Shown here piece after piece: positions 16,887 through 20,000 of a stretch of DNA of 20,000 nt (position 1 is the first letter of the stretch; each line of letters starts with the position of its first letter). The stretch is taken from the IMG/VR virus record IMGVR_UViG_3300027283_000132, positions 61,497-81,496 of that record. One strand, given 5' to 3'. Both the position numbers and the translations under genes were made by a program. The notes below the pieces were generated by a model that saw only the letters and a program-made list of their open reading frames with translations, searched no databases and was not told the origin of the DNA. This DNA comes from an uncultured virus (IMG/VR IMGVR_UViG_3300027283_000132). Its lineage: Duplodnaviria > Heunggongvirae > Uroviricota > Caudoviricetes.

Positions 16887-17090
16887 TTGGAAGGTCTAGA
16901 ACTGCGTTGCTGCGCCTGCGGCCGTTTGCTATTTAAATATGAGAGAGGCGCGCAAATATCCGGCGTCTCGATCAAATGCCCGCGCTGCCGGGCGATGAAT
17001 ATCCTGAGGCCAAGAGCCCTTCCCCCAACGCGCGATGCGCAGAGAGAAGGAGCCAGACTTGGCCAGATCGACCACACTCCCGAAACCTGA
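16872..17090 (+). CDS. com: Mu Com-family zinc-finger translational regulator (alternative start TTG 16887)
   Basis: ELRCCACGRLL...IKCPRCRAMN four-Cys finger, located after the tail fibre genes as in Mu. Confidence 0.88.
   Translation: MRRFDLEGLELRCCACGRLLFKYERGAQISGVSIKCPRCRAMNILRPRALPPTRDAQREGARLGQIDHTPET
17008..17064 (+). promoter_or_regulatory. Predicted translation-inhibition stem-loop masking the RBS and TTG start of the gene after com
   Basis: GGCCAAG 17008-17014 pairs with CTTGGCC 17058-17064 (contains TTG), CCTTC 17018-17022 pairs with GAAGG 17046-17050 (RBS), and GCGC-GAT-GCGC 17030-17040 caps the structure. Confidence 0.65.
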
Positions 17091-17241
17091 CCTGCCGCCC
17101 GGTGCGCCGGGCCTGCCCAAAGGCGTCCGTTACAGGCGGCAATATGGCGTCATTGTCCTCCTCGAGGACGAGGCCGCCCAAGTCGACGCCTTCGGCCGCC
17201 TGCGCCGTCAGGGCTTCAAATGCCGCGTGGTGGTGACATGA
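17059..17241 (+). CDS. Small 60-aa protein coupled to the ABC-GNAT gene
   Basis: GAAGGAG RBS 6 nt before TTG 17059. Compact C-terminal domain QYGVIVLLEDEAAQVDAFGRLRRQGFKCRVVVT, with an ATGA overlap to the next gene. Confidence 0.7.
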   Translation: MARSTTLPKPDLPPGAPGLPKGVRYRRQYGVIVLLEDEAAQVDAFGRLRRQGFKCRVVVT

Positions 17242-18347
17242 AGCTCGCCATTCACCACGCCAGCCCCATCCCGGACACCTACCGCGCGGCCCGGGTCTCC
17301 AGCCTCTTCAACGTCGAGGGCGACGCGGATTTCCGCCTCGAGGTCGAGGCTGATTTGGCGGCACGCCCGTGGCAGATCGGCCTCATCGTCGGCCCCTCGG
17401 GCAGCGGGAAATCCTCGCTCGCCCGCGAAGCCTTTGGCGCTGAGCTTGATCCGCGCCCGTGGCCCGAGGGCGCGCTGATCGACGCGATTGATCCCGAGGG
17501 GGAATTTGATGCTGTCGCGGCGGCGCTCTCGGCCGTGGGCCTTGGCACGGTGCCGAGCTGGCTGCGCCCCTTCCGCCACCTCTCGACCGGCGAGCAGTTC
17601 CGGGCCGAGCTCGCGCGCATTCTCGCCGAGCGGCCGAGCTTTGCCATTCTCGACGAGTTCACCTCGACCATCGACCGGCGCGTGGCCCAGATCGGGGCGG
17701 CCGCCTTTGCCAAGGCATGGCGACGCGGCCCCGGCCAGTTCGTCGCCGTCACCTGTCACGAGGACGTGGTGTCCTGGTTGCAGCCCGATTGGGTGATCGA
17801 CACCCGCCGGGCTGAGTTCCGCTGGAGGCGTCTTCGACGGGCACCGCGCATTGCCATGGACATTCACCAGACGGACGGCTCCTTCTGGCCCGCCTTTGAG
17901 CCGCATCACTACCTGAAGCTGCCCCGCATGATCGCGGCCAATTACTACGTGGGCTTTGTCGACGGCGCACCCGTGGCGCATCTCGCCGTCTCGACCCGAC
18001 CGGGGCTGGTCGAGGGCCGCGCCTGTCGCCTCGTCGTCATGCCCGAGTGGCAGGGCGCGGGGCTGGGCTTGCGGTTTCTCAACGAGGTCTGCGCCCTCTG
18101 GCGGCGCGGCGTGAACCGCTACGAGAGGCCCATGCCGATGCTCTTTCACACTTCGCACCCCGGCCTTGCCGCCGCCCTGCGCCGCGATCCCCTCTGGGCG
18201 CAGGTCTCGGCCATCCTCTACGCCGAATCGAAGGAGCGCAGCATGAAGACCCTCGCCGCCGCCCGGGCGCGCAAGGGGCTCAAGCCCGCCGGGTCAGGTT
18301 ATGGCGGGCATTTTCGCGCCGTGCAGGGGTTTCGCTATGTGGAGTGA
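17238..18347 (+). CDS. ABC-type ATPase fused to a GNAT (Mom-like) acyltransferase; putative DNA-modification enzyme
   Basis: Walker A GPSGSGKS, signature LSTGE, Walker B ILDEF, H-loop VTCHED and GNAT motif A RLVVMPEWQGAGLG. No transmembrane partner gene. Occupies the mom position. Confidence 0.85.
   Translation: MKLAIHHASPIPDTYRAARVSSLFNVEGDADFRLEVEADLAARPWQIGLIVGPSGSGKSSLAREAFGAELDPRPWPEGALIDAIDPEGEFDAVAAALSAVGLGTVPSWLRPFRHLSTGEQFRAELARILAERPSFAILDEFTSTIDRRVAQIGAAAFAKAWRRGPGQFVAVTCHEDVVSWLQPDWVIDTRRAEFRWRRLRRAPRIAMDIHQTDGSFWPAFEPHHYLKLPRMIAANYYVGFVDGAPVAHLAVSTRPGLVEGRACRLVVMPEWQGAGLGLRFLNEVCALWRRGVNRYERPMPMLFHTSHPGLAAALRRDPLWAQVSAILYAESKERSMKTLAAARARKGLKPAGSGYGGHFRAVQGFRYVE
18132..18347 (+). 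repeat. Direct repeat copy 1 (3' 216 nt of the ABC-GNAT gene)
   Basis: Aligns without gaps to 19050-19265, with 19 mismatches by manual count. Confidence 0.95.
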
Positions 18348-18565
18348 AAGGGGTTTAGGTGGGTGTTGAAGGGGCATTTAAAAAGGCCGCTGGGCTTTCG
18401 AAACTGCCTCCCGCGTTCCCTACCTTAAGATACCGCACCGGCGTTTCCTGAAGCGGTCAATCGCTCAAAATCGCTGCAACTCCAGCGAGATTCTGCCGGC
18501 CACTGAATGGTCATAGCACAACCAATGGTATAAGCGGCCGTTTCCATCATGCACAGGACCCACTC

Positions 18566-18991
18566 TTGCTCTATCAACTCGCCTATGTAAGCTCCGCTCG
18601 ATCACCGCTCGGTCAGGAAACTTTGTCTGACATCCTTGAGGTCTCTCAGCGCAATAACGCGAGGGATCAGATCACCGGCGTTCTCATGTATCATGACCAA
18701 CTTTTTTTCCAGGTCCTGGAGGGGGAGAAGGCTGTAGTCGAAGACTGCTATTATAGGAGGATTGTCCACGATCATCGTCACAGTAACTTGTCACTCACTT
18801 GGAGCGATGGCGTTGAAAGACGAACATTTTCGGACTGGTTGATGGGGTATGCCGGGCCTGACGAAATTGGCCAGTTTACCAGAGGCAAGTTCCACTCCTT
18901 GGAGGAATTGAAGACTGACAATGGCTTGAACGAGCCTGTCAAACATGTGGCTCTAGAGCTTGCCCTTTTAATGTTCCGCGACTCTCGATGA
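18566..18991 (+). CDS. Stand-alone BLUF blue-light (FAD) sensor protein
   Basis: TTG start with AGGA upstream. LAYVS (Tyr), ILEVSQRNN, ITGVL, FFQVLEG (Gln), DHRH and RTFSDWLM (Trp/Met) give the full set of BLUF signature residues. Confidence 0.93.
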   Translation: MLYQLAYVSSARSPLGQETLSDILEVSQRNNARDQITGVLMYHDQLFFQVLEGEKAVVEDCYYRRIVHDHRHSNLSLTWSDGVERRTFSDWLMGYAGPDEIGQFTRGKFHSLEELKTDNGLNEPVKHVALELALLMFRDSR

Positions 18992-19040
18992 CCTGAGCCC
19001 CGCATCGCTTCCATCTCAAACGCCGCGCGCTAAGCCGCAA

Positions 19041-19265
19041 GTGAAACCGATGCCGATGCTCTTTCACACCTCGCACCCCGGCCTCGCCGCAGCGCTCCGC
19101 CGCGATCCCCTCTGGGCACAGGTCTCGGCCATCCTCTACGCCGAGTCCAAGGAGCGTAGCATGAAGACCCTCGCCGCCGCCCGGGCGCGCAAAGGCCTCA
19201 AACCCGCCGGGACCGGCTACGGCGGCCATTTCCGCGCCGTGCAGGGGTTTCGGTATGTGGAGTGA
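19041..19265 (+). pseudogene. Orphan 3' fragment of a second ABC-GNAT allele (direct repeat copy 2)
   Basis: 71 codons from ATG 19050 are identical in protein to the ABC-GNAT C-terminus except one S->T. Lacks the ATPase domain and GNAT motif A, and has no clear RBS. Confidence 0.85.
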
Positions 19266-19451
19266 GGGGGGTGTTTAGGGGGGTGTTAAATGCCCGGTTA
19301 GACGGACTGTCGAACGTTGGCCGGTTTAAAACCGCTGCGGACTTTTGCGGTACACCGACACAAGGTACTCTAGTACCGATGAACGATGCATTCAAATGCT
19401 AGGCTTCAGTCGCACATCGCGAAAGCCGTCTCGCAATAAGGTAGGTTCTTT

Positions 19452-20000
19452 ATGGCAGATTTCTTTTCCTCGGACGCCGGACAATATGCGAGCATTGCAA
19501 AGCAATTCTTAGAGGGCGCTTTGGTCTTGAACGCTGCACAGCGGGATAGAGGTCGAATCCTATTTCGACCGACTTTGGCACTTGCTGGTCATGGGCTAGA
19601 GTTGATGCTCAAAGCGTGTTCCAACTTGAATGGCCAGCCGCCACCAACCAAAGGGCGAAAAGGACACGATATCGTAAGCCTATGGGGCACCGACGTATGC
19701 GAACCGGTGCGGGGTCACGTTTTTGCTAATGCACGCCTGGTGGCAGCAGAGGATCGTGCGAACGGTGACTATCCGGACGTTCCTAACGATGATGATATAC
19801 TGCCGCTTATCGAAGAGTACATCATTGCACTCGGCAATCTTCACGGCGGCCTTAGCGGTTACCCACTTCGCTACCCATCTGATCCAAGTCAAAATGCCCC
19901 CAGAACACCTTTCTTGATCAAGTCTCTCTGGGCTACGGCGGACGATTTTGTGAAACGCCCCAACGAATTCGAGCTACGTCGCTTTCGCGGTCAAATATGA
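19452..20000 (+). CDS. HEPN-like domain protein (accessory, possible defence/toxin)
   Basis: Helical pattern A.QFLEGA..L...P...LAGHGLELMLKA...GHDIVSLW...LRYP resembles HEPN-fold proteins. Codon usage is visibly more AT-rich than the structural genes. Stop TGA at 19998-20000. Confidence 0.6.
   Translation: MADFFSSDAGQYASIAKQFLEGALVLNAAQRDRGRILFRPTLALAGHGLELMLKACSNLNGQPPPTKGRKGHDIVSLWGTDVCEPVRGHVFANARLVAAEDRANGDYPDVPNDDDILPLIEEYIIALGNLHGGLSGYPLRYPSDPSQNAPRTPFLIKSLWATADDFVKRPNEFELRRFRGQI

Larger units (their letters stand above)
1..20000 (+). mobile_element. Mu-like (transposable) prophage, late/structural region and right-end accessory region; no ends visible in window
   Basis: Colinear head-neck-tail gene order with Mu gp36-, gpG- and gp37-like genes and a Com-like zinc finger after the tail fibre genes. 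No sheath gene, so a siphovirus-type tail as in D3112/RcapMu-like phages. Whether the last ~1.6 kb lies inside the prophage is not certain. Confidence 0.9.

Noticed and set aside
16712..16936. 74-aa ORF upstream of com
   Set aside because: No RBS, low-complexity translation and overlap with com. The region is better explained as regulatory.
17238..17830. ABC transporter subunit
   Set aside because: No permease or substrate-binding gene nearby, and the ATPase is fused to a GNAT domain in a phage com operon.
18132..19265. The 216-nt repeat pair as a diversity-generating retroelement VR/TR
   Set aside because: Mismatches are at synonymous third positions and involve all bases rather than being adenine-specific, and no reverse transcriptase is in the window.

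Overview
The window is the late (head-tail) region and probable right-end region of a Mu-like, non-contractile-tailed prophage in a high-GC bacterium. An alphaproteobacterial (Rhodobacteraceae-like) host is my inference. All credible genes are on the + strand and many are translationally coupled. The order is: end of protease/scaffold, capsid cement, major capsid, gp35-like protein, a structured 175-nt spacer, an Acb2/Tad1-like nucleotide-sponge gene, gp36 adaptor, virion morphogenesis protein, tail terminator, tail tube, tail chaperone with a -1 frameshift (A AAA AAC), tape measure, distal tail/hub/peptidase-like/tail tip, tail fibre and partners, and a second fibre/lectin module with protein repeats. 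Next comes a Mu Com-like zinc finger followed not by canonical mom but by a small gene and an ABC-ATPase-GNAT fusion. The small gene's ribosome-binding site and TTG start lie inside a predicted stem-loop. After that, a BLUF blue-light sensor gene sits between two diverged copies of the GNAT 3' end, followed by a HEPN-like gene. Family assignments come from motif recognition and gene order, not database searches.
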